The position numbers and the translations under genes are program-made. Shown one piece after another: positions 13,764 through 25,914 of a stretch of 64,000 bases of DNA. The stretch covers positions 60,636,001 to 60,700,000 of the forward strand of contig NC_043003.1 in NCBI RefSeq assembly GCF_006345805.1. Direction: 5' to 3'. The notes beneath the pieces are model-generated. The model was not told the origin of the DNA. It saw only the letters and a list, made by a program, of their open reading frames with translations, and ran no database searches. Position 1 is the stretch's first letter. Every line of letters starts with the position of its first letter. Source of the DNA: Octopus sinensis (taxonomy: Eukaryota).

Positions 13764-13849
13764 CCCACGCTGATGAGTCGAAAATGGTCGGGTAAAGTAT
13801 AATTCTTTGTTCTTTATACCGATCTAATTCCGAAACGCGCGTACGTGGG
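13764..13849 (+). ncRNA. Minimal type I hammerhead ribozyme (Penelope/retrozyme type)
   Basis: Stem I cccacg/cgtggg, CTGATGA at 13770-13776, long stem II closed by G-C, GAAA at 13832-13835, stem III C-gcgc-G, GUA cleavage triplet at 13841-13843. Confidence 0.75.
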
Positions 13850-14405
13850 TAACCTAATATCGATTGATTTTCGTTATTTTTCCCCTGTGCCTGCGTGGAT
13901 TGTTTTCAAGTACTTTGGTTTTTCTGGGAGTAGAAGGAATAGCTAAGATGTTTTGACTGCTATTCTAAACTTCGGTATGTGGTGAAGCAAATCTTAGCTG
14001 AAACCTAATTATAAAGTATTACTAAGCTTACCATGAAAAGGTCTTTTTCATGCCGAATTCTAATTGGTAAAATTACTGATTACTTCTTAATTAATTAATT
14101 TTACTCTTTGCTATTATATATTAAATATATATAATAATATATATATATATATATATAATATATATACATATATATATATATATATGTGTGTGTGTATATA
14201 TGTATATATATATATATATTATATATATGTGTGTGTTATATAGTATAATATATCTGTATGTATATACATATTGGATATATATGTATGTATGTATATAAGT
14301 ATATATATATGTGTATATATATATGTTGTATATATGTATATATATATATATATATATAATATATATCTCTATATTTAAAAAAAGGAGATGTCGAACACGA
14401 TGGTG

Positions 14406-14711
14406 ATATATAAACAAGGAAATGAAGAAATGCTGACAAATAATTGAAGTAATTTAAGTAATTTAATTAGGTGAAAGTTCTTTTTACCGGTTGCGCATTT
14501 GTTATGCTTATCAAAATATAAAAGAGAGATTAGAGTTCCTTTCTTATAGAATTTTTCCTGAAAATTCTATAAGAAAGGAACTCTAATCTCTCTTTTATAT
14601 TTTGATAAGTATAACAAATGCGCAACCGGTAAAAAGAACTTTCACCTAATTAAATTACTTAAATTACTTCAATTATTTGTCAGCATTTTCTTCATTTCCT
14701 TGTTTATATAT
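14406..14711. repeat. Near-perfect 306-bp hairpin (150-bp arms, 5-nt loop) in (TA)n; MITE-like
   Basis: Arms 14406-14555 and 14561-14711 differ by one substitution and one 1-nt indel. Loop is tcctg. Confidence 0.95.
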
Positions 14712-14729
14712 ATATATATGTATATATAT

Positions 14730-15045
14730 CACCGTGACCGTGATCACCGTGACCGACCAGGCTATATCAGATGTTGTTACACATCGCTGGTCACAATGCG
14801 CTTCGCATTGTTTTGGCCTTCAAATGACGCCCCCCCTCCTGCTGGCTAAGCGAGCAGGCCAACAGTAGAAAGAGTGAGAGAAAGTTGTGGTACAGCAGGG
14901 ATCGCCACCACCACCCTGCCGGAACCTCCTGGAGCTTTAGGTGTTTTCGCTCAATAAACACTCACAACGCCCGGTCTGGGAATCGAAACCGCGATCCTAC
15001 GGCCGCGAGTCCGCTGCCCTAACCACTGGGCCATTGCGCCTCCAC
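14730..15045 (-). mobile_element. tRNA-derived SINE family B1 (tail with cacgtgat/cacggtgat repeats)
   Basis: Minus-strand head gtggaggcgcaatggcccagtggttagggcagcgg...ggtttcgattccc. Copies at 24868-25152 (-) and 1-155 (+, 3' part). Confidence 0.85.
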
Positions 15046-15053
15046 ACACACAT

Positions 15054-15086
<33 letters not shown>

Positions 15087-16408
15087 AATTTATATATATA
15101 TATTTATTTATATATATATATATATTTATTTATTTATATATGTATACACCACCCAAAACCCATTTCAGATTCCAGATGCTTCTGCCTTGCAATTTAATGT
15201 GTTCCTATAGATAATGATTGATAACACAAGTAGCAGACATTGAAACAAGTACTGGTATAAATATGATCGCCCAAATACTCGCGGGCGGTGCCCTATCATG
15301 GACGGAATCTGATGACCCGCTAAAATTCATACATATAAGCATAAAGGAAGTGTTTTTAATTTTAACTCCGGGCTGTCCAGTCTTGTGAGTGTATTTGGTA
15401 AGCAAACGTTAAAGAAATCCATCGTGTGTGGGTATCTTTAATATCTCGTGTTATTGGCGGCGTATGGCAGAAACGTTAGCACGCCGGGCGAAATGCGTAG
15501 CCGTATTTCGTCTGCCGTTACATTCTGAGTTCAAATTCCGCCTAGGTCGACTTTGCCTTTCATCCTTTCGGGGTCGATAAATTAAGTACCAGTTACGTAC
15601 TGGGGTCGATGTAATCGACTTAATTCGTTTGTCTGTCCTTGTTTCTCCCCTCTGTGTTTAGCCCCTTGTGGGTAGTAAAGAAATAGTTATCTTTAACATC
15701 TCGTGTAAACATCAAACACACACACATATTAGGTCACTCTTAGTTCTACTGATAATATATAATCCAGTATTAAGGCAGTAAGCTGGCAGAATCGTTAGCA
15801 AACCAAGCAAATTTCTTAGTGACATTTAGTACATCTTACGTTCTGAGTTCAAATTCTGCCGAAATCGACTTTGCTTTTCATCCTTTCGATGTCGGTAAAA
15901 TAAGTACCAGATTAATACTGTGGCTGATGTGATCGACTTATCCTTCCTCTGAAATAGCTGACCTTGATCAAAAATTTGAAACGAATATTTAAACAAGTAC
16001 ACTCATGTGACTGCGAATCGACCTATTCAACCATAAGGTTATATATATCCGTGAAATTTGTATCGAAAGCTTACTTTTATAATTTCTACACAGCATTTTT
16101 CTAACACATGCACACACACTCGCGCACGTACGTATACACATATATTAAATAGTGACTCCTACTACAAGACTTGCTCTATTACATTCTCGGGGTATCTTTA
16201 CTCTCTGTTGAATTCTGGAATGTATGAGCACTTGGTGTTCTTGCCCTGTAAAAGTCACCTTACCATGAAATAAATTAATGTACCCGATACTCGGTGTATT
16301 TAGTGCCTTCCATTAATTGCGGTTCTTTCCATTTTGTAATGGAAACTCCAACTGCAATGCCTGAGTCATATCTATCTATCTACCTACGTATCTATCTATC
16401 TACCTACG

Positions 16409-16482
<74 letters not shown>

Positions 16483-16496
16483 CCTACGTATCTATA

Positions 16497-16535
<39 letters not shown>

Positions 16536-16761
16536 GATAATTTTTTTTCCTCCTCCCCCCCCCCTTTTTTTTTTTTTTTTTTTAACCCCCCTTATTTGTC
16601 CTCTTTCTCTCCTTTTACGATCCTTTTGATCGAACCTCCCCCTTCCCTTTTTTTTTTTTTTTTTTTTTTAATACCTTCAAAAGAAAAGCTCTACCTTGTA
16701 ATTTGTTCTATCTGTGTGCAGCCCTGTGTGGCTAATAAGGAAACATATCTATCTATCTATC

Positions 16762-16794
<33 letters not shown>

Positions 16795-17649
16795 GGAGAG
16801 ATACATGCATATGTATAAGCGAACATGCTGTTGGGAGAGAAAAATCCAACGTTGCGGACAAGGTCCTTCTTTGGGGAAATGTTGAAAGATGTGAAATTTC
16901 CCCTCGGCAAGTTCACTACGCTCTCTTTTTTTCTTTTCGTCCTTTTTTTTGGGGGGTGGGAGGGATTTTCTTATTAAAACACGTCTTTCGAGTACAGACC
17001 AATCCTAGTCTCTCCAGATTCAGTTTTATCACCTACCTCGACTGTTGTCATACACACACACACACACACACACACCACACACATGAATATATGTACAATA
17101 ATTCCTTGATATACGAGGTAATTTGTTCCCGGAGACCGCTCGTAAAGCAGAGCAACAATTTCCCATAGTAGCAATGTTATAAATCGTAATTCGTTCCTAG
17201 GAAAATATTTCACCTATAAAATTAATAATACTCGTAAATAAATGGCAATAAAACGACAGGAAACTGTAAGGAGTATTTTACGTAAAGTAAAAAAAGAATG
17301 TCCAGATCATTTAAAAGAAAAATATGATTGTGTTCTGATTCACTTTCATTCGCACTAGACCCTCGCATATCATCAATTGTAGACACGATCGCCCGATTCA
17401 CAAGCACCCGTAGACGAACTTCTAGATTTCTTTTTAGAAAAGAAGTCTAAAGTTGTTTGCTTTTTTTTTCGCTCTCAACAACTTTCTTGGTAACACGCAG
17501 AAGCATTTGTTATGATAGCAGAAACTTTGGCCCTTCGTTCGAAATTTGGATTCTGTACATGAGAAATAAAACTCGTAAACCCGGGGCCTGTAAAGCGGAT
17601 CCGCGTAAAGTGATGTATTACTATATATGTAAATCTATGTATGTATACA

Positions 17650-17848
17650 CGAGGGTTGCTGAGAAGTTCCTGGTTTGAAGAGTGTCAAGAAACGCCTGTT
17701 TGGAAGCCCAGCCTTCCAAGTTCTTTTACTGGTCTTAAAATAACTGAAGGATCGCTGCAGTAAGTGTGTGAATCTGAGAGGGGAATACGTTGAATAAATT
17801 CCTGTATTTTCTTTTACCCCAAACCAGGGACTTTTCAGCACACCCTCA
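17650..17848 (+). mobile_element. Non-autonomous mariner derivative (about 200 bp)
   Basis: TIRs cgagggttgctgagaagttcctgg / ccagggacttttcagcacaccctca then TA. Interior encodes the transposase C-terminus RCSKCVNLRGEYVE*. A second copy lies at about 46016-46232. Confidence 0.8.
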
Positions 17849-17996
17849 TATATACATATACATAAATAACATATATACAGTTCCACTGCACGGCGCCTTG
17901 GACAAGTATCTTCTACTGTAGTCCAAGACTAATCAGTGGATTGTAAGTGAACTTAGTCAAGGGAAACCCTGTCAAAAACTGTCGTAATCATATCTG

Positions 17997-18053
<57 letters not shown>

Positions 18054-18090
18054 TTATCTATCTATCTATCTGTCTATCTCTGTTTATCTA

Positions 18091-18123
<33 letters not shown>

Positions 18124-18213
18124 CTGTCTGTCTGTCTGTTTATGTATGTATGTATGTATATATGTATGCATGTATATATGTATGCATGTATGTATGTATG
18201 TATGTATGTATGT

Positions 18214-18248
<35 letters not shown>

Positions 18249-18766
18249 TATGTTTTGTTTTTGTCAACGCTCCTTCGTTGCTGCTTGACAAACAAAAACA
18301 AAACAAACGACTTACTGCTTAATCAAATTGAACAAACAGTCGATTAGTTAGATATTTAACCAATTGACCAATAATAAAGAAGTGACTAATAATAAAGGAG
18401 TGAACTAGTGCGTGTGTAAATAATATTGGCGTAACGACCCTCCCTCAACACAACAAAATTTATTGTCTCTATTTTCTGCATAACATGTAAATTGAAACTC
18501 ACACATTTTGGTCAGTGTTGGACCTGGTTATCCATCAATGGACTGCGACCATGCTGGAGTATTATCTTTTATTGTTTATCTTTTACTTGTTAAAATCATT
18601 ATACTATGGCCATGCTGGGGCATCACTTTGAAGAATTTTAATTGAACGAATCGACACTCCTTTTTAAGTTTGGTACTTATTCTGTCGGGCGTCAGTGCCG
18701 TGCCGAACCGCTAGGTTACTGAAACGTAAACACACCAATACCGGTGTTGGGCGTCAAATACAGACA

Positions 18767-18808
<42 letters not shown>

Positions 18809-18833
18809 TACAGATATGTATGTATATGTATAT

Positions 18834-19152
18834 GATGCTGAGCTCGAATCTCATTTGCAGACCCATGAAAAACGAGCCTCCACCAACTACTCTGCTTATA
18901 TATTTGTGCATACCTGTCAATGTCGTGTATGCCAGAAGATTTGCAAATCCAATGGAGGCCTCAAAAGACATTTTAGGATCCACAAAAATCACAACTTAAC
19001 TGCAACTCTTGGTGGCCCAAATCAGATATGTAATTTATGTGGATGTCTTTTCAATACATTATCTGGTTTAAAAAGCCACATCAGATGCCATGATAGATAT
19101 AAGGTGTAAGTACAAGAGGTGGTCAGACTCTACATAAGGAGTAGACAACCAC
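18834..19152 (+). mobile_element. RTE-like LINE 3' end with two C2H2 fingers (copy 2)
   Basis: Encodes CRVCQKICKSNGGLKRHFRIH and CNLCGCLFNTLSGLKSHIRCH then a stop at 19109 and a short 3'UTR ending gagtagacaaccac. A second, diverged copy lies on the opposite strand. Confidence 0.65.
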
Positions 19153-19478
19153 CATGTATATATATATATATGTGTGTGTGTGTGTACACATATGTATATG
19201 TGCGTGCATATATATACACATATGTGTAACACAGTCGCGTTAACAAAGGGATGTGGTTCAACATGCAGGCGGATAGGGAAGCCTTCCTTTTTTTGTCGAG
19301 GGCTTATGTGCCCCTTTATAAGACTATTTTCCTTAGTCATTGCACGATGATCGCCACAAGCTTGAAGCTTATATAAAAACACCATTATTATTATTTACAG
19401 GATTGTAAAAACGGCGCCGTATAAAAAACCAGTCGCACTGAACACACACACACAACACACACACCACACACACACACA

Positions 19479-19530
<52 letters not shown>

Positions 19531-19565
19531 GCATGTATGCATATCTATATATCTATATCTATATC

Positions 19566-19608
<43 letters not shown>

Positions 19609-19663
19609 GGGAGTATATCCAAATTACAGGTTGCCTAATAGTGGTTTTATCTCTAATTTAATT

Positions 19664-19695
<32 letters not shown>

Positions 19696-20842
19696 ACACA
19701 CACACACATATATATATATATGCGTAGGAGTGGCTGTGTGGTAAGTAGCTTGCTTACCAACCACATGGTTCCGGGTTCAGTCCCACTGCGTGGCACCTTG
19801 GGCAAATATCTTCTACTATTGCCTCGGGCCGACTAAAGACGGTGCTCCAGCATAGCCACAGTCAAATGACTGGAACAAGTAAAAGAGTAAAGAGCAAGTA
19901 AAAGAGTATATTCAGTTTCCTTATACCAAATCTACTCACAAGACTTTGTTTGACTCGAGGCTATAGCAGAAGACACTTGCTAAGGGTGCCATGCACTGGA
20001 ACTGAACCTGGAACAATGTGGTTAGTAAGCAGTAGTTTTCTTGATTTTCAGCTCTCACTTTTGACTGTCTAAATGCACCTTGGTGTAAAATGGCTTAACT
20101 TGGTTTAAATGAAACCAAGCAATTTTTATCGATGCATCGATTTATCAGCCATTCTTCACCAATATATATTTCTTTACTACCCACAAGGGGCTAAACATAG
20201 AGGAGACAAACAAGGACAGACAAAGGGATTAAATCGATTACATCGACCCAGTGCGAAACTGGTACTTTATTTATCGACCCCGAGAGGATGAAAGGCAAAG
20301 TCGACCTCGGCGGAATTTGAACTGAGAACGTAACGACAGACGAAATACCTATTTCTTTACTACCCACAAGGGGCTAAACCCAGAGAGGACAAACAAGGAC
20401 AGACAAACGGATTAAGTCGATTATATCAACCCCAGTGCGTAACTGGTACTTATTTAATCGACCCCGAAAGGATGAAAGGCAAAGTCGACCTCGGCGGATT
20501 TTGAACTCAGGACGTAGCGACAGACGAAATACCGCTAAGTATTTCTTCACCAATATAACCACACTCACAGAACGCGCGCGCGTAGAGCTTTATTTACAAA
20601 AACTTGGTCACTCTGGAGCGAATCTAACCCGTGTTGTCGATCAGTAGGATCGAGCCTAGAACCATGCACGAGCGAAATAAGCTTATCAACTATAAGGCTG
20701 TATTCATGAAATTCTCCTGTCCAAAGTTTTCATTTATATTTCGTCATAACTGATAACGTTATCACAACATTTATGCTTACGTTCTGAGTTCAAATTCCGC
20801 TGAGGTCGACTTTGCCTTTCATCCTTTTGGGGTGGGTCGATG

Positions 20843-20874
<32 letters not shown>

Positions 20875-20875
20875 A

Positions 20876-22320
20876 TATGTATGTATGTATATATGCATAT
20901 ATTTGTGTGTCAGTGTTTGTCCCCCCCCCCCAGACACACATACCATCACTTGACAACCGATGCTTGTGTGTTTACGTCCCAGTAACTTGGTGGTTCGGCA
21001 AAAGATCCCGATAGAATAAGTACTAGTTTACAAAGAATAAGTCCTAGGGTCGGTTTCTTCTTCGACTAAAGGCGGTGCTCCAGCATGGCCGCAGTGAAAT
21101 GACTGGAACAAGTAAAATAATAAAAGAATATACATTATACGTGCATACTTCTATAAATATATGGTGTGTGTATATACATATAAAGAGAGAGATAGAGAGT
21201 GAGAGAGATGTATATATATATATATATATATATACATATGTACACATGAGGAGGAGGAAACCCTTTCGGTCATGAATGACCATGGGGTTTCACCTAGAAA
21301 GTTACCCTCCGAGGCATAACTCCGGGCAAGTTGCTCCTCTCTCCACGCCACCAGTGTTATCTAAGGGAAAGGCAAAGGCCGATACAGCTTGGTACCAGTG
21401 ATGTCGCAACTCATTTCTACAGCTGAGTGAACTGGAGCAACGTGAAATAAAGTGTCTTGCTCAAGAACACAACACGCAGCCAGGTGAGGGAATCGAACTC
21501 ACAACCTCAAGATCGTAAGCTCGACGCTTTAACCACTGAGCCATGCGCCTTCACATATGTACACATATTATACATATATATATATATATTATATATATAT
21601 ATATAATATATGTATGTATGTATATATGCATATATTTGTGTGTCAGTGTTTGTCCCCCCCCCCCAGACACACATACCATCACTTGACAACCGATGCTTGT
21701 GTGTTTACGTCCCAGTAACTTGGTGGTTCGGCAAAAGATCCCGATAGAATAAGTACTAGGTTTACAAAGAATAAGTCCTAGGGTCGGTTTCTTCGACTAA
21801 AGGCGGTGCTCCAGCATGGCCGCAGTGAAATGACTGGAACAAGTAAAATAATAAAAGAATATACATTATACGTGCATACTTCTATAAATATATGGTGTGT
21901 GTATATACATATAAAGAGAGAGATAGAGAGTGAGAGAGATGTATATATATATATATATATACATATGTACACATGAGGAGGAGGAAACCCTCTTCGGTCA
22001 TGAATGACCATGGGGTTTCACCTAGAAAGTTACCCTCCGAGGCATAACTCCGGGCAAGTTGCTCCTCTCTCCACGCCACCAGTGTTATCTAAGGGAAAGG
22101 CAAAGGCCGATACAGCTTGGTACCAGTGATGTCGCAACTCATTTCTACAGCTGAGTGAACTGAGCAACGTGAAATAAAGTGTCTTGCTCAAGAAACACAC
22201 GCAGCCAGGTGAGGGAATCGAACTCACAACCTCAAGATCGTAAGCTCGACGCTTTAACCACTGAGCCATGCGCCTTCACATATGTACACATATTATACAT
22301 ATATATATATATATATATAT
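20876..22320. repeat. Tandem duplication, period about 733 bp, of a composite SINE cassette bounded by (TA)n
   Basis: cagtgtttgtcc occurs at 20911 and 21644. Units differ only by small indels. Confidence 0.9.
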
Positions 22321-22325
22321 GTATG

Positions 22326-22372
<47 letters not shown>

Positions 22373-23180
22373 GTGTATATATATAAACGCACACACATAA
22401 CAAATAGAAAGAGTGTGAGTGCTCGTGTGCATTTATGTGTGTGTGTGCGCGCGCATGCGTATGAAATTACGGAGAGCCGAGATTCTCTATATTTACGCTC
22501 ATTATTTTCACAATGTGATTTTGCATAAGTGTTTCTTTGACTGCTTGAATGCAATTTTTAGAAAACTATTTATGTTTTCATCACCATCAGTAGCAGCAGC
22601 TGCTTCAGCAGCATTCAGTAACTTCCCACCCCCAACAACACCACCACCACTATTATCGTCGTCATCGTCATCGTCATTATCACTATATTTAATTCACTGA
22701 AAAAAAAAAAAAAAACAGCTTTGAAACCTCGTCGTCAATGGAGTTAAGTTTACTCATCATGAAAACAGTTTATACTTCCGCAAACATTACATAAAGTATG
22801 ATACTTGAAAACCACTCTTAAAAAATCTTTTTCTTCAACTGGCTTAAACGTTTATTCGTCATTCCATAAATTTGTTTGTTTGTTTGTTTGTTTCTCTCCT
22901 TCATATTTCATGTTGTGAGTCAATGAGAAGTTTATACATTATATTCGTCTTTTGAGAAAGAAAAGAGCTGTTATGTTCGCATCTTAACCTTTCTCACTCA
23001 GCCACACTTTCAATTTTATAATATTGATCACTCACATTCTACCTCCTCTCTCTCTTTCTCTTTCTCTTTCTTTCTCACTCTATCTATCTCTCCATACTTC
23101 TCTCTCAATGTCTAGCTTTCCTACTTTCTCTTTTCGCCGTCTATCGGTATGCCTATCTGTGCAATTATCTCTTTTATCTG

Positions 23181-23933
23181 CACGGTGGGACAGAGGGGAC
23201 GGACGTTTCTGAAAAATTCACAATATCATTAATTTTAGCTGCAAACAAATTTTATTGCCATCAATGTGTTTGTATTGAATTAGCATTTGTGAAAAATCAA
23301 GTGTGGAAAGCAACATCCATCATGTGGTGTCCGTTTTCATTGATGCATTTCTGAACGCATTCTTGGAAGTTGGCCTCCAGTCTCCCCAGCATTGCTTTGT
23401 AAATAGTCCCATGGTTTCAACTGTTGCCAGTGGCCAATTTGTACGGGTGGAAATGCAGGTTTTCATGCAAAATACGCCTTACCGATCGATTACCGATGCC
23501 AAAATCCAGTGGAATGCCTTCGAGCAGAGCTATTCGGACTCCGTATCAAAGCTTGTCTGAGGCGTTCCACATTTTCCGGGGTCCGTACCGTTCGTGGCGC
23601 ACCCACTGGTCTTCTATTCATTAGTGTGCCTCGTTTACGAAGTGCATTCACCCAATATAATAAGATTGTGCTACGAGTGGGAACAACCTGATTTCGGTAA
23701 GTGTTGAAGTGACGCCAAAACTCACGCTGAACTGCTGTGACAGACTCGCTATTCTTCACGTAACTGTCGTAGGCAAACACGTGATGCTCTATCCATAGCG
23801 CTGTGGCTTCACCTGAAAAGAAAAAAATGCTAAGACACCACAGACCGAATGGTACAATGTCGGACATATGTCCCCACCCCGGGGGCTGAGTAATAGCCAT
23901 TTGACAAACATTCGTCGTCTCTGCCCCACCCTG
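23181..23933 (-). mobile_element. Internally deleted Tc1/mariner-superfamily element (DUF4817-type HTH; rosa/maT-like)
   Basis: TIRs cacggtgggacagag / ctctgccccaccctg then TA. Minus strand encodes HHVFAYDSYVKNSESVTAVQREF... and C-terminal ENGHHMMDVAFHT*; the catalytic core is missing. Confidence 0.8.
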
Positions 23934-23937
23934 TATA

Positions 23938-23982
<45 letters not shown>

Positions 23983-24118
23983 AATATAATAAATGCAAAA
24001 ACTAATTTCTGTGTGTCAGTGTGTCACACTTTGACCCCCATCTCTCACTAGTCAATGACACTTCCTCATGCTGGGGTGTGAGCAATAGTACGCATAAAGA
24101 CTGTGGGGGCGGTGTCGA

Positions 24119-24167
<49 letters not shown>

Positions 24168-24484
24168 TAGAGAAAGAGAGACAAAGAAATTTGGGGAGAG
24201 TTGATGATGTTTTATTAAAAGTAGTAGTGTTGATGGTGGCAATGGAAGTAATACTAATATGAGAGTGAGAGAGAGAGAGAGAGACAGACAGACAGAGACA
24301 GACAGACAGACAGACAGAGAAAGAGGGAGATGATGTACAACTTTCTTGGACAGAAATTCCTGTGGCCAGCATACTGAACCAACTACTGAACGCTATCATT
24401 TTTGTTTTATTTTTTGCTTTTTTTAATACATATATGTGTTTTTAATACATTTTAATTGAAACAGTTTCCCCAAAATTAAACATA

Positions 24485-24822
24485 TCTAATATAATAAATG
24501 TGAATGTCAGTGTGTCAGTGTATCACACTTCTTCAACATTACTCCTAGAGGCCGTAGCCCAACATATACCATTTTGAAACCAGGCTGACTCCGTGAGTTA
24601 ATTAAAATTTTCCGACCCTATTTTAGATTCCTATGTTTTCATTACTGCGATTATTTTCGACAATTTCTTGATTTTCAGCGACGAATATGATCAACATTGG
24701 GATATGACACTGGAGGAAGCAATTGCAACAAATTCTGTTTGCAGATCTTCCCATTCGGGGTTAGTTGCATAAAAGCTACATAGTAGCTTAAAAGCCGCAC
24801 GACAGGGCGGCTTTTAAGCTAG
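24485..24822 (+). mobile_element. Complete non-autonomous mini-Helitron (338 bp)
   Basis: A|TCTAATATAATAAATG... 5' end. 3' hairpin agcttaaaagccgc/gcggcttttaagct ends in CTAG|T. Interior encodes RepHel-like DEYDQHWDMTLEEA. Confidence 0.75.
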
Positions 24823-25274
24823 TATATATGGGTTTATAAGCCCTAGTATATATATATATATATATATATCACGTGACCACGTGACCGACCAGACCATCAG
24901 ATGTTGTTACACATCGCTGGTCACAATGCGTTCGCATTGTTTTAGCCTTCGAATGACGCCACCCCGCTGGCTAAGCGAGCAGGCCAACAGAAGAAAGAGT
25001 GGGAGAAAGAGTACAGCAGGGATCACCACCCCCTGCCGGAACCTCGTGGAGCTTTTAGGTGTTTTCGCTCAATAAACACACACAACGCCCGGTCTGGGAA
25101 TCGAAACCGCGATCCTCAGACCGCGAGTCCGCTGCCCTAACCACTAGGCCACTAGAATATAAACATTCTTTGCAGAGAACGGTTATAGTTTAGAAAAACT
25201 GAAGAAAAGTCTATTTCACGCTAGATATGAAACCAATTTTTTTCTAAACCATTACGTTACACACACACACACAC

Positions 25275-25336
<62 letters not shown>

Positions 25337-25914
25337 GGTAAAAAAATTCAAGGCAGAAAATGCTAAAATAATTTTATAAAAAACATTTCAGTACCGGTTT
25401 TAGTCATTGAGACTTCTTTAACTGTAAACATGGAAAACAATTAAATTTTGGAAAAGTTGAAAGAAATGTTTTTAAAAGAATATTCGTATAGTATTCAAAT
25501 ACAAGGGGCATTTTCCTTGTTTCTGCCTGTCTCTGCCTCTCTCGTTTACTCTTGTATTTGAATAGTATGCAAATATTCTTTTAAAAAACTTTTCATTTAA
25601 TTTTTCAAAAATTTAATTGTTTTCTATGCTTACAGTTGAAGAAATCTCAATGACTGAAACTGGTACTGAAATGTTTTTTATAAAATTATTTTAGCATTTT
25701 CTATCTTGACTTTTTTCCATATTTATATATATCAACACGTGTGTTCCTCTTCAGCCTTCTACACACACACACACACACACACACAACGCGCGCGCGCACG
25801 CACACACACACACACATATATATATATAATCTATCTATCAGTAATGTACTTACTGGAAACAGCTGTAAGCCAAATTTGCTCTAATAAAGGCAAAATATGT
25901 AATGTATAAATTTA

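Noticed and set aside
17222-17460. Hydrophobic-tailed minus ORF as an exon
   Set aside because: An overlapping frame reads KQTTLDFFSKKK, typical of DNA-transposase termini, and there is no good splice signal.
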